A stretch of DNA of 64,000 nucleotides from Candidatus Levyibacteriota bacterium (GCA_036788695.1 DAIQMY010000001.1:236134-300133), one strand, 5' to 3'; shown: positions 17,541-26,342, numbered from the stretch's first letter. Made by a program: numbers and translations. The notes: generated by a model from the sequence alone, not told the origin.

Positions 17541-19613
17541 TTATAATAAGAAAGACTTTAATAGTCGTAGTCTGGTATAGAATGGTAGAGCTTTTATAAA
17601 AATGGCTCTCACAAGAGCCCTTCGTTTAGTAGCTCTTATTCCAATAAATATAGCTAGGAAAGTCATTATTAGATAATATACCCATAAATCATTTCTATAG
17701 TTATCCCCTTTTTCCATATATGCTCCAGCAATTTTAATTTCTTTCTTGCTACCCGTCTTGTTTCCGGTTTTTGTAGTTGCAGCCAATACTTTTCCATTTC
17801 CCTTAGAAGATACCATAAAATAACTTTCCGCCGTGGCTTCAACTACTGTATCTTTCCCTGTAGTGCCAGTTACATAGGAGAGCGCAGTATAATGTCCCGC
17901 AGGTGCATTATTTGTAAGAACTAACCCGGTTGTTAAGCGTTTTGTTTTTTGAGCTTCGATATCTTCAAGATCAAATGATGGTCCCCCCATAAATTCTCCA
18001 TCTTTGTAGAGCCCTATTAACAATTTTGCTCCATATATTTTTCCTGTTCCGTTATTTTTTGTGTCTACAAAAAATGTTACAGTATCTCCAGGATTTACAA
18101 ACTCTCCCACATTATTTTTATTTGTAACCGTAAGTTTTCCTCCGGATTCTGGATCCTTTATTTTTTCTTGACTATCACCATTTGATATTTGTTCTAATGA
18201 ATGTTCTTCTTGTGTTACTTCTGTAATAAATTTACTTGCGCCACCGATACTTCCTGACCAGTTTCCAAAAACGTTAATAAAAGCAAAAAAACCATTTGTT
18301 TTGAAAAAATTTGAGTTGATAAAGTTAATCAGTGAAACTGCAGAGTATGCATTTCCGGTTTGTATAAGTCCATCATTTCCATGAATAATGTTGGTCCCGG
18401 TATCTGCCTTTGTTTTAACGGTGTTTTTTACAATAGCTGTGTTCTCAGTTATAAGAGCAGTATCACAATCACAGTCATTATTATTATTTGAGAGGCTTAA
18501 GGTGTCTCCTCCATTTTGAGGTTCAAAACTATCCCACCCCAAAAAATTACCAGTCCATTTTCCTAGAACGTTTATAAATAGCTTTTGGAATAGTGCTCCG
18601 ACAGCATTTGTATTTACCATATCTACAATGTTTATAATGCTGTGTGAGGTGCCGGTCTTGATCATTGAAGAAGAGCTAGCTATATCTATGCTGTTGTTCC
18701 CGGTATTCGTATCAGCTGTTACATCATTTTCTATAAGTGCAATATTTTTCATGGTTGCAGATGAACCACAGGATGCACATTCTGTTTCTTCATGAAAGTC
18801 AGGAAGAATTATATTGCCTGAAAAGTCTCCAAATATATTAATGGTGACTATATGGATAACAGAGTCGACAACAGTGAAATTTGCTTTATTTACGAGTGAG
18901 ACTACAGAGTATGCATCCCCTGTTTTGATAAGGGCGTTTTCTCCTTCAGCTATTTCATTTCTTCCTGTAGACGCGGTGGCAAATACATCATTGTCAAGAT
19001 ACACATAGTTTTTTGCATCAGTTACAGAAACGTTAACAATCGGGTTTGTATTTTTATCCTGAGAGATGATCGTGTAGGCAAGATTAAATGGTGTAGACAA
19101 ATCTATACTTTCTGCATCGTCTACAAAGATATTAATAGTTTGATTTATCACCTGTGAATTAATTGAATTTGTGTTTACTGTGTTGTCTACAGACACGAGC
19201 GTTGTAGAATCGCCCGTTGTAATAGAAGAGCTTGAGTTCTGCTGTGCAGGTGAGGAGCTCTGAGGAGTTTCGTGAGAGTTACTTGAAGGTAAGTTAGATG
19301 AAGCCTCTTCAGCGTCCGGAGGAGTAAGCTCAGCAGAGGTGGTTGAAATATTTTCTCCTGTGTTAGATGCTCCCGCAGTTGTATCATGCGCTTCAGTTGT
19401 ATTTGCTTGTGTTGTGTTTTCTGCGGCTTCACTTGGAGATGGAGTGGGGGTAGTAGTTTGGGTTGGTGTTGGATCAGCTTGCTCTATTACAGTAGGCGTA
19501 GGGGTATCAGTTGGTGTTTCATCAAGCGCGTAGACTGTGAATGGCGAGATAGAATTGACTCCAATAACAAGAAATATAATAAAAAGTGCGAAATATCTTT
19601 TGAATCCTGCCAT
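17541..19613 (-). CDS. Cell-surface protein: signal peptide, T/P-rich linker, three internal ~65-aa repeats each preceded by a C-x-C motif, C-terminal TM anchor
   Basis: Has a signal (FALFIIFLVIGVNSISPFTVYA) and a PT-rich linker. The repeats centre on IKTGDAYSVVSLVNKAN / IKTGTSHSIINIVDMVN / IQTGNAYSAVSLINFIN, and each ends in INxFGxWSGN. CASCGSS and DCDCDT precede repeats 2 and 3. The C-terminus has a TM (LWVYYLIMTFLAIFIGI) and a basic tail. Confidence 0.5.
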   Translation of the reverse strand: MAGFKRYFALFIIFLVIGVNSISPFTVYALDETPTDTPTPTVIEQADPTPTQTTTPTPSPSEAAENTTQANTTEAHDTTAGASNTGENISTTSAELTPPDAEEASSNLPSSNSHETPQSSSPAQQNSSSSITTGDSTTLVSVDNTVNTNSINSQVINQTINIFVDDAESIDLSTPFNLAYTIISQDKNTNPIVNVSVTDAKNYVYLDNDVFATASTGRNEIAEGENALIKTGDAYSVVSLVNKANFTVVDSVIHIVTINIFGDFSGNIILPDFHEETECASCGSSATMKNIALIENDVTADTNTGNNSIDIASSSSMIKTGTSHSIINIVDMVNTNAVGALFQKLFINVLGKWTGNFLGWDSFEPQNGGDTLSLSNNNNDCDCDTALITENTAIVKNTVKTKADTGTNIIHGNDGLIQTGNAYSAVSLINFINSNFFKTNGFFAFINVFGNWSGSIGGASKFITEVTQEEHSLEQISNGDSQEKIKDPESGGKLTVTNKNNVGEFVNPGDTVTFFVDTKNNGTGKIYGAKLLIGLYKDGEFMGGPSFDLEDIEAQKTKRLTTGLVLTNNAPAGHYTALSYVTGTTGKDTVVEATAESYFMVSSKGNGKVLAATTKTGNKTGSKKEIKIAGAYMEKGDNYRNDLWVYYLIMTFLAIFIGIRATKRRALVRAIFIKALPFYTRLRLLKSFLL

Positions 19614-19657
19614 ATATTTTTTTATGTATAAAACGATTTGCCGCTATAAATCAGATC

Positions 19658-19687
19658 CTGAGGAGGAGAGTTTCCTCCCCTCCTCAG
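19658..19687 (-). promoter_or_regulatory. GC-rich stem-loop between the small and large repeat-protein genes (partial terminator or attenuator)
   Basis: CTGAGGAGG, a 12-nt loop, then CCTCCTCAG. The stem is a perfect 9 bp, with no clean U-tract after it on the minus strand. Confidence 0.4.
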
Positions 19688-19703
19688 AGAACTTACCAAA
19701 AAA

Positions 19704-20183
19704 CTATTCAACAACGTTTGTGTTAACAACGTTATTTACTGCTACTCCTGTTGAGGATGCACCTGTCATTGAAAGTTGTGCACCAAGAAGCGCAACGTTT
19801 GCGTTCTTTCCTGAGTTAGAAGTGCCTTTAACGTTTGTTACAACAAAAGCAGAATTTGCTTGTGTTGTATTTCCGTTTGCTACTCCAACGTTCAATTTAG
19901 GGCTAACACATCCACAACTTGTTTTGTTGTAGTTTACCTGTTGAGCTACACCTACGCTTGTAGTTGCTGCTCCGGTTGATGACCCTTGGATTCCTACTGC
20001 TGCTGCGTTAAGATTTTTCCCAGTGTTTGAGACTCCCTTAACGTTTGTAACAACAACTGCATTATTTGTTTGTGTTGTGTTTCCATTTAACGCACCAATA
20101 TTTACTGCAGCAAATGTTGGGGTTGCAGCGCCTAGCATTACTGCTCCAGCTGCTGCTGATACGACTAATTTTTTAAAATTCAT
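19704..20183 (-). CDS. Small secreted protein made of two tandem ~65-aa N/T/V-rich repeats (same module as the downstream large surface protein)
   Basis: Taking the real start as MNFKKLVV, it has a perfect SD (AAGGAGGTG) 9 nt upstream. The signal peptide ends ...TPTFA|A. The repeats are NIGALNGNTTQTNNAVVVTNVKGVSNTGKNLNAA and NVGVANGNTTQANSAFVVTNVKGTSNSGKNANVA, separated by SCGCVSP. Confidence 0.5.
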   Translation of the reverse strand: MNFKKLVVSAAAGAVMLGAATPTFAAVNIGALNGNTTQTNNAVVVTNVKGVSNTGKNLNAAAVGIQGSSTGAATTSVGVAQQVNYNKTSCGCVSPKLNVGVANGNTTQANSAFVVTNVKGTSNSGKNANVALLGAQLSMTGASSTGVAVNNVVNTNVVE

Positions 20184-20217
20184 ATATTTATTCACCTCCT
20201 TTTTTTTAATATTACGA

Positions 20218-20260
20218 AAAAAAATCGGCTGTGTTCCCATGGGAAGTAAAACCGATTTTA
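20218..20260 (-). terminator. Rho-independent-terminator-like hairpin + T8 tract (minus strand), lying in front of the repeat-protein SD
   Basis: On the minus strand it reads AAAATCGG-TTTTACTTCCCATGGGAACACAG-CCGATTTTTTTT. The loop contains a CCCATGGG palindrome. It lies downstream of the DUF2292 gene and 15 nt upstream of the SD of the next gene. Confidence 0.4.
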
Positions 20261-20412
20261 AGTAAGTAGGAAAGAATATTATTCATATTTTAAAAAAGGA
20301 TAAAAACCTACAAAAAAAAGACACTTCACCCGATAAAATCGGGATCAGTGCCTCCGTTAACGGCCAGCATTTCCTTGTTAAGGTAATTTATAAACTAATA
20401 TTAAGTTAATTG

Positions 20413-20613
20413 TCAATGCTCTGTTTGCATATCATACATGTTTTTTCCTGCGGCAACTAAGGGTTTCTTAATATTTTTTTCTGTAATTTGTGTTACTAAA
20501 AAATCCTGTACGCAAATCTCAACAGTGCCCCATCCACGGATATTCTGCAAAGAAGAAACAAGCTCATTGACTAGATCAGGAGTAATTTTTTTCGTAGAGT
20601 ATTTGTCTGCCAT
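20413..20613 (-). CDS. DUF2292 (YezD-like) small protein
   Basis: From the MADKY start (~66 aa) it reads ITPDLVNELVSSLQNIRGWGTVEICVQDFLVTQITEK. This matches the YezD/DUF2292 pattern (..L..i.yGsveivvqdgkvvqiek). Confidence 0.45.
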   Translation of the reverse strand: MADKYSTKKITPDLVNELVSSLQNIRGWGTVEICVQDFLVTQITEKNIKKPLVAAGKNMYDMQTEH

Positions 20614-20684
20614 GATGATATTGAAGGGCAGACATATCATCTAAAAATATAGCCTTTTGTCTGGTGGTTGTCAACTGGTAAATC

Positions 20685-21089
20685 TTATTTAAAAAATGAT
20701 TTAAGCATAATCTCAATATTTAACATGAATTGTTCTATGCCAGTTTTTTTTTCGTGTTTATTTTTTTTATTTTTATGAGTTGCCGTTGGTTTTTTTACTG
20801 TTTGAGTGCTTGTAATACTTGGAGGCTGAATAGTATTTCTGATTTGAGAAGATGTAGTAGATGAGTCTATCTTAATTTCTACCTTGCCATCCTTAAAGCT
20901 ATCTATAACCTTTTTTCCCCCGTTTGCCTCTATTGATATATGCGTTTCAGCTTTCCCCCCTGAAGTGTTGGTTTCAACGTATACAGATGTATTTGCGTCA
21001 CCTGTTGTGAAAGACTCAGCATAAGTATTTGAGAAAGAAAGAGAAAGAAGGACAAGGGGAAGTAGAAATAATATTTGTTTTTTATTCAT
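20685..21089 (-). CDS. Small secreted hypothetical protein (signal peptide, basic C-terminus)
   Basis: Starts with the signal peptide MNKKQILFLLPLVLLSLSFSNTYA|ESF. No domain is recognised. Confidence 0.4.
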   Translation of the reverse strand: MNKKQILFLLPLVLLSLSFSNTYAESFTTGDANTSVYVETNTSGGKAETHISIEANGGKKVIDSFKDGKVEIKIDSSTTSSQIRNTIQPPSITSTQTVKKPTATHKNKKNKHEKKTGIEQFMLNIEIMLKSFFK

Positions 21090-21165
21090 TTTTAGAAACA
21101 GTATGAATTATTTTATACTTCTTTCTTTTCTATTTTGTCAAGAAAGTTAAGGTTTTCAAGTTATA

Positions 21166-22206
21166 TTATCGTATGAACATTCCATCTCCAAACGAAAAAA
21201 ATCGAAATGTTTTCTCTTGTGCAACTTTATACAATCTCAATAATTGTTTCCTTCCGGTAAATGCTGCAACTAGCATAAGAAGGCTTGATTTTGGCACGTG
21301 AAAATTTGTGATGACTTGATCTGTGCATTTTAATTTTGTTTTTGCAGTTATAAATAGATTTGTTTTTCCACTCAGTTTTTGAACAATTCCATGAGAATCG
21401 GAGGAAGATTCGAGTGCCCTTACTACAGTTGTACCTATTGCGACTATGCTCCTTCCTTCTTTTCTTGCATTATTTAGAAGTTTTGCTGTAGCGGTATCAA
21501 TTTCATAAAATTCTTCATGTAATTTTTGTAGTTTATATTGCTCTTCACGTAAGGGAGCAAATGTTCCTAGGTTTACATGTAAAGTAATAAAGCATATTAA
21601 GTGCCCTTGTTTTTGTAGTTTTTTCATAAGGTGTCTTGTGAAGTGGAGGGATGCGGTAGGAGCAGCTACTGATCCTTCGTTTTTTGCAAAAACAGTCTGG
21701 TATTCTTCTCTTAATTTTTTCCCCTTTATAGTTGTATGTTTTATATATGGAGGCAGGGGTGTTATTCCAATTTCTTCAAACACTCGCAAGTAACTATTTA
21801 CAGGAAAGGATGGTTTTAGGGAATATTCTTTGTCCTGCTTTAATATAACTTTGAAGAAATATTCCCCTGCAGTTATTATTAATCCTTTTTCTAATTTTTT
21901 ATTTGCCCAGAAAATTAATTTTTCACCCTCTTTTCGTATGAATAGTAGGTCTACCTTCCCTCCCGTTGGTTTTTGTCCAATTACACGAGCAGGGATGACT
22001 TTTGTATTATTAAAAACTAAAACTGAATTAGGAGATAAGTAGTTGCCTAAATTTTTAAAAGTATCAACTGAAATATTTTTTGATTTTCTATCATAAACTA
22101 ACAGTTTTGCGCTGTCTCGTGGGTGTACCGGATTTTGGGCTATAAAAGATTCAGGTAATTTGTAATCATACTCTAATAGGATTTTTTCAAAATCAGATTT
22201 TACCAT
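21166..22206 (-). CDS. queA: S-adenosylmethionine:tRNA ribosyltransferase-isomerase
   Basis: The N-terminus (DFEKILLEYDYKLPESFIAQNPVHPRDSAKLLVY) and the overall 346-aa architecture match QueA. It overlaps tgt by 14 nt. Confidence 0.85.
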   Translation of the reverse strand: MVKSDFEKILLEYDYKLPESFIAQNPVHPRDSAKLLVYDRKSKNISVDTFKNLGNYLSPNSVLVFNNTKVIPARVIGQKPTGGKVDLLFIRKEGEKLIFWANKKLEKGLIITAGEYFFKVILKQDKEYSLKPSFPVNSYLRVFEEIGITPLPPYIKHTTIKGKKLREEYQTVFAKNEGSVAAPTASLHFTRHLMKKLQKQGHLICFITLHVNLGTFAPLREEQYKLQKLHEEFYEIDTATAKLLNNARKEGRSIVAIGTTVVRALESSSDSHGIVQKLSGKTNLFITAKTKLKCTDQVITNFHVPKSSLLMLVAAFTGRKQLLRLYKVAQEKTFRFFSFGDGMFIR

Positions 22207-23329
22207 TTTTTATTTCCTCTCTGATTTTTATTATTTGAGATTGGAAAAAATATAAATTGTGATACGAAAAGAGAGTAAGTGGAGTTATCTCATGTGCCTT
22301 TAGTAGATGCGCCAAATAAGAGCGTTTATATTGCTGACATACAAAACAAGGACAGGTTTTATCAAGCGGTTCATTATCTTTCAACATCTCACTTTTCCTC
22401 ATATTAATTCTTCCAGTTGATGTAAATATTATTCCACGTCTTGCGTAATGAGTTGGTGCTATGCAGTCAAAGGTGTCAATTCCTGCTTTTATAATAGGAA
22501 TAAAATCATCGGGATGCCCTATTCCTAGTAGATGTCTTGGTTTTTCATCTGGAATATTGGGAATTACCCATGATAACATTTCTGAAAGGGTATCTTTGTT
22601 ATCTCCAAATTCTCCTCCTATAGCTATCCCATTAAAGTCCATTTTCCCAATGGTTAGCGCACTATCTATTCGTAAATCCTTAAATTTTCCACCTTGAACA
22701 ATACCATACATGGCTTGATTTGATTTTTTAATATCTAGACAAATCTTTGCCCATCTGTGGGTTTTTTCCATAGACTTTTTTGTATATTCATAATTTGCGA
22801 TAGGACTTGTGCACTCATCAAATGCGTTTATTATGTCAGCCCCTAAATCCTCCTGAATCTTAACCGATTCGTTCGGTCCTATAAATATTTTTTTTCCGTC
22901 AATTGGAGATCGGAATTCAACTCCATCTTCCGTAATTTTTACTTTTTGTGGTTGTTGACCCTCAGAAATTGAGAGTGAAGACTTTTCTTTTAAAATTTTG
23001 CCTACCCCATGATCCATCCCGAATCCGAGCGAGAATACCTGAAAACCACCAGAATCAGTCATGATAGGGCGATCCCAGTTAGAAAATGTGTGTAATCCTC
23101 CTGCTTTCTTAATTATTTTTTCTCCGGGTTTAAGGTGTAGGTGAAATGTATTTTCAATTAACACTTGTGTCCTAGTTTCCTTTACCTGATCCCATGTTAA
23201 GGCTTTCATCGTTGCCTGAGTTGCAACGCCAACGAGCGTTGGTGTCTCAATTTCTCCATGGGGAGTTTTAAGTATTCCTGCTCGGGCATGGGAACTACTT
23301 GATTTTTTCACAATATCAAAAGAAATCAT
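22193..23329 (-). CDS. tgt: Queuine tRNA-ribosyltransferase
   Basis: HARAGILKTPHGEIETPTLVGV, DSGGFQVFSL and the zinc site CPCFVCQQY...H match Tgt. Confidence 0.9.
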   Translation of the reverse strand: MISFDIVKKSSSSHARAGILKTPHGEIETPTLVGVATQATMKALTWDQVKETRTQVLIENTFHLHLKPGEKIIKKAGGLHTFSNWDRPIMTDSGGFQVFSLGFGMDHGVGKILKEKSSLSISEGQQPQKVKITEDGVEFRSPIDGKKIFIGPNESVKIQEDLGADIINAFDECTSPIANYEYTKKSMEKTHRWAKICLDIKKSNQAMYGIVQGGKFKDLRIDSALTIGKMDFNGIAIGGEFGDNKDTLSEMLSWVIPNIPDEKPRHLLGIGHPDDFIPIIKAGIDTFDCIAPTHYARRGIIFTSTGRINMRKSEMLKDNEPLDKTCPCFVCQQYKRSYLAHLLKAHEITPLTLFSYHNLYFFQSQIIKIREEIKNGKI

Positions 23330-23336
23330 GAAGCAA

Positions 23337-23438
23337 TTATACTCGAGCTACGTCGAGAGTACAAACCAGTTTATACTCGAGCTACGTCGAGAGTACAAAC
23401 CAGTTTATACGTAAGCTACGTCGAGAGTACAAACCTGA
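23337..23438. repeat. 34-bp tandem direct repeat x3 (two perfect copies + one variant), directly upstream of tgt start
   Basis: The unit TTATACTCGAGCTACGTCGAGAGTACAAACCAGT occurs at 23337-23370 and 23371-23404. The third copy, TTATACGTAAGCTACGTCGAGAGTACAAACCTGA, is at 23405-23438. There are no spacers between units. Confidence 0.85.
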
Positions 23439-23467
23439 TATATAAGCATCAGCTACCGAACAGAAGT

Positions 23468-24265
23468 TTATAGTTCTAGTGTATTTTGTGCATGGGTGGA
23501 TGGTTCTTTTTTGCTTTTCTTTGTTTGATTACGAACAAAGTCGCAATAATCACATCCGAATGTAAAATCAGGAGTTGTGTCAGAAGTAAGCACTATTCGA
23601 ATTTTTTGAAGAGCTGAAGATATCCATGAAGTGTCCCCTGTATACGAAATAATAGATAAATCAAATTCTAATTTTCCGTCAAACCTTGCTCTATTCCGTC
23701 TTGCATTTGCGAATACAAAATATCCTGTATGTGATACTTTATATCCTGAGTTTCTAAATATCCATTGATAAATTTCCATTTGGCGCTTGTAACTTTCTTT
23801 ATATTCATCATTCAGGTTGATGGTTCGATCTGTGCTTGTTGCTTTATAGTCAACAATGAGTAATTCTTCTTTTTTGTTTTGCCATACATCATCAATTGCT
23901 CCAGCCACAATGAAATTAGTATCACGTTCGTGATAGCTTTTCCCCTTAAAATTTTCTCGCCATCTATCAATTTCAGGATGCTTAAATGGAACTGCGTCTA
24001 TTTTATATTTTTTCATAAGTTCGTGTGTTTCGCTGTTTGCCCGAAGAAGGTCAAACTCTTTTTTTAAAAGCGTGTCAACAGTATTGTTTAACGTAAAAGT
24101 AGGCATGCTAGGTCGTGCTATCCCCAACCTTCTGTCTAGGTAAAAACATCGGGGGCATTGCATAAATAAGTCAATTTTAGATCGAGAGATCTTATATGGT
24201 TCAGTAGACTTGGGATTAAAAAGTGGACTAAATCTATACTCATAAGAAGAAAGAGTTTTATACAT
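23468..24265 (-). CDS. PD-(D/E)XK nuclease, Cas4/RecB-like with four Cys (likely Fe-S)
   Basis: Has D...IVDYK (D/ExK) and QMEIYQW (QxxxY) motifs. Cys pairs are CPRC near the N-terminus and CDYC near the C-terminus. Length is 265 aa. Confidence 0.55.
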   Translation of the reverse strand: MYKTLSSYEYRFSPLFNPKSTEPYKISRSKIDLFMQCPRCFYLDRRLGIARPSMPTFTLNNTVDTLLKKEFDLLRANSETHELMKKYKIDAVPFKHPEIDRWRENFKGKSYHERDTNFIVAGAIDDVWQNKKEELLIVDYKATSTDRTINLNDEYKESYKRQMEIYQWIFRNSGYKVSHTGYFVFANARRNRARFDGKLEFDLSIISYTGDTSWISSALQKIRIVLTSDTTPDFTFGCDYCDFVRNQTKKSKKEPSTHAQNTLEL

Positions 24266-24318
24266 AAGGAATTATTATAGTGTTATCAGGTTAAAACATT
24301 CAAGCATGTCAGAGTGGT

Positions 24319-24555
24319 TCAGATTTTTGGTTTTTCTCCGGTGAAGTAGCAAATAAATGATAAAATTACAGTCGTAATTAAAAACTCAGGAGTAAATGCT
24401 ATAAGCGTATCTGAAATTGAATTGGATGAGGAATCAATTCTTAAAAAATCCCATATTAAGAAACCAACATATAAAGTAACTATTCCCCATCCTTGCCATG
24501 TTGCAGGTCTCCAACCTATTCCATGACGCAAGGAAGCAAACCACCGTTTTTTCAT
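24319..24555 (-). CDS. Small 2-TM membrane protein, hypothetical
   Basis: 78 aa with two hydrophobic helices, divergent from the AlkA-like gene. Confidence 0.3.
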   Translation of the reverse strand: MKKRWFASLRHGIGWRPATWQGWGIVTLYVGFLIWDFLRIDSSSNSISDTLIAFTPEFLITTVILSFICYFTGEKPKI

Positions 24556-24578
24556 ATCTGTTAAAATAGTACCAGTAT

Positions 24579-25193
24579 ATGTCCCATTCTGTCAAAAAAG
24601 CTCTTGACCATTTTAAAAAGACAGATCCTATTCTATATAAAATAGCGATTACACTTGATATTCCAGAGTTAGTACCTCGTGGAGATCATTTCTACTCTCT
24701 TGTAAGGGCAATAACAAATCAGCAATTGTCGGGGAAGGCAGCGGATACAATTTATTCAAGAGTCTTAAAATTATTGCCTGATGAGAAATTGAATGCTTCT
24801 GAAATACTAAAAATTGATGACAGCGCGCTACGAAGCGCAGGGTTGTCATGGAATAAGGTTTCTTATCTAAAGGATTTGGCTTATAAAACAGTCCATGAGC
24901 AGATACCTTTTGAAAGCCTTGATAAAATGAAGGAGGAGGATATAGTCGCGGAACTAACTAAAATAAAGGGGATTGGGAAATGGAGCGCTGAGATGTTTTT
25001 GATGTTTCATCTATGTCGTCCAGACATATTTTCATATGGGGACTTGGGTTTAAGAAATGCCATCCAAAAGATATATGTCTTAGATAAGCATCCGACAGTA
25101 AAAGAAGCGGAGGAGGTATCTATTAAATGGAGCCCATATAGGACATATGCAAGTAGGATTTTATGGATAAGTTTAGACAAGAAAGAGGTATAA
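24579..25193 (+). CDS. HhH-GPD DNA glycosylase, AlkA/3-methyladenine glycosylase II-like (short form)
   Basis: LTKIKGIGKWSAEMFLMFHLCRPDIFSYGDLGLRNAIQ contains an HhH with the catalytic Asp context typical of AlkA. Confidence 0.6.
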   Translation: MSHSVKKALDHFKKTDPILYKIAITLDIPELVPRGDHFYSLVRAITNQQLSGKAADTIYSRVLKLLPDEKLNASEILKIDDSALRSAGLSWNKVSYLKDLAYKTVHEQIPFESLDKMKEEDIVAELTKIKGIGKWSAEMFLMFHLCRPDIFSYGDLGLRNAIQKIYVLDKHPTVKEAEEVSIKWSPYRTYASRILWISLDKKEV

Positions 25194-25217
25194 ATGAAGG
25201 TACTTTTACATCAGTAT

Positions 25218-26342
25218 CTAATTATCGCTTAATTTTCCTTCATCAAGCATTTCTACGCCTTTTATATCGGGTAGCGCATTTCCCATAATTCCCTTTAAGT
25301 CTCCCTGCATTCCAAACGTGTTATCGATTACCTGCCGAATATTCTTTTCATCTCGAGACCATTTATTTGCAAAGTATCTTTTTTCTTTTTCAATTTCCGT
25401 TTGCATATTTGTAAAGGCTTCTATTATTGCTTCAACTCGATGTTTAAACTCTGTGCCCGAAAGATAGGTATATAGTATATCCATTTTTTCTTGTTTCCCT
25501 TCGTTGGCTCGTTTTGCCATAGCAATTTGAACCAATGATAGGCGTAATGAATATGCAAGCCCCATAACAAATGCATGTTTTACAATCCATACACCTTTGT
25601 GAAATTTTGCACTTTCAACGTTGCTAGGCACCGCTTCTGATATGAGGACTGCATACTCAGCAGTAATAGATCGTTGATCTGATTTTAATTTATCTATCCA
25701 TGGCTCACTCCATGCTTTTGTATTTTTAAGTTCCCATAATATTTTACCGCATATATTCCCGTTTCTATCTGTTACCTCCTGAATAATATCTCCTCCGCGT
25801 GTGCCTTTTGCAACTTCAGATATGGTGTCATTGGGGAATTCATGTTTAAGTTTTTCTTCGAATTCTAGTTCAAATGCCTCTCCTTGTGTTTGCTGAGACC
25901 CTTGTTGAAGTTTACGCCTGGCATCTTCGAGCTCTTTTAATGTGTCAGATAACTGTTTATCTTTTTCTAGAATTTTAAGCCTTTGTTCTTCTTCTGCCTT
26001 TTTAGTTGCTTCAAATTTAATTTTTTCCGTGTCAGATGCCAATTTTTTCTCCATCTCAAGTTCCCTTTCTTCATCCCGTGTTTTAAGGTCTCGTATTGAT
26101 TTATTTAGCTCGAGCAAGTTTTCTTGGAGTTTCTTGTTTTGTTCGCGTAGTTCTGATTTTTCATTTTCTGAATCTTTGAGCATTAGTTCTTGTTCAGATT
26201 GAAGTTTTTTTCGTACTTTTTCTTCTGTCTCAGTTTTTGCTTTTTCTATATCTTTTTCAAAATCTTCCTGAAACTCATGCTTTAGGGCTTCAGTTAACTC
26301 GATCTCTTTTTTACAGTGGGGACAAAGAAATGTATTTTGCAT
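25218..26342 (-). CDS. DUF2130-family protein (N-terminal CxxC zinc ribbon, long coiled coil, conserved C-terminal domain)
   Basis: Begins with CPHCKKEI, followed by ~150 aa of E/K-rich coiled coil. The C-terminal block ILWELKNTKAWSEPWIDKLKSDQRSITAEYAVLISEAVP matches the DUF2130 signature. Confidence 0.5.
   Translation of the reverse strand: MQNTFLCPHCKKEIELTEALKHEFQEDFEKDIEKAKTETEEKVRKKLQSEQELMLKDSENEKSELREQNKKLQENLLELNKSIRDLKTRDEERELEMEKKLASDTEKIKFEATKKAEEEQRLKILEKDKQLSDTLKELEDARRKLQQGSQQTQGEAFELEFEEKLKHEFPNDTISEVAKGTRGGDIIQEVTDRNGNICGKILWELKNTKAWSEPWIDKLKSDQRSITAEYAVLISEAVPSNVESAKFHKGVWIVKHAFVMGLAYSLRLSLVQIAMAKRANEGKQEKMDILYTYLSGTEFKHRVEAIIEAFTNMQTEIEKEKRYFANKWSRDEKNIRQVIDNTFGMQGDLKGIMGNALPDIKGVEMLDEGKLSDN

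Noticed and set aside
19339-20265. Plus-strand track ORFs (64-131 aa) across the two repeat-protein genes
   Set aside because: They are antisense to strongly supported secreted-protein genes (signal peptides, SD, internal repeats), and their translations are low-complexity mirrors of the T/V/N-rich repeats.
23337-23438. Possible CRISPR array next to a Cas4-like gene
   Set aside because: The three 34-bp units abut with no spacers. There is no cas1/cas2 or other cas gene, and the units read better as promoter-like or operator repeats.
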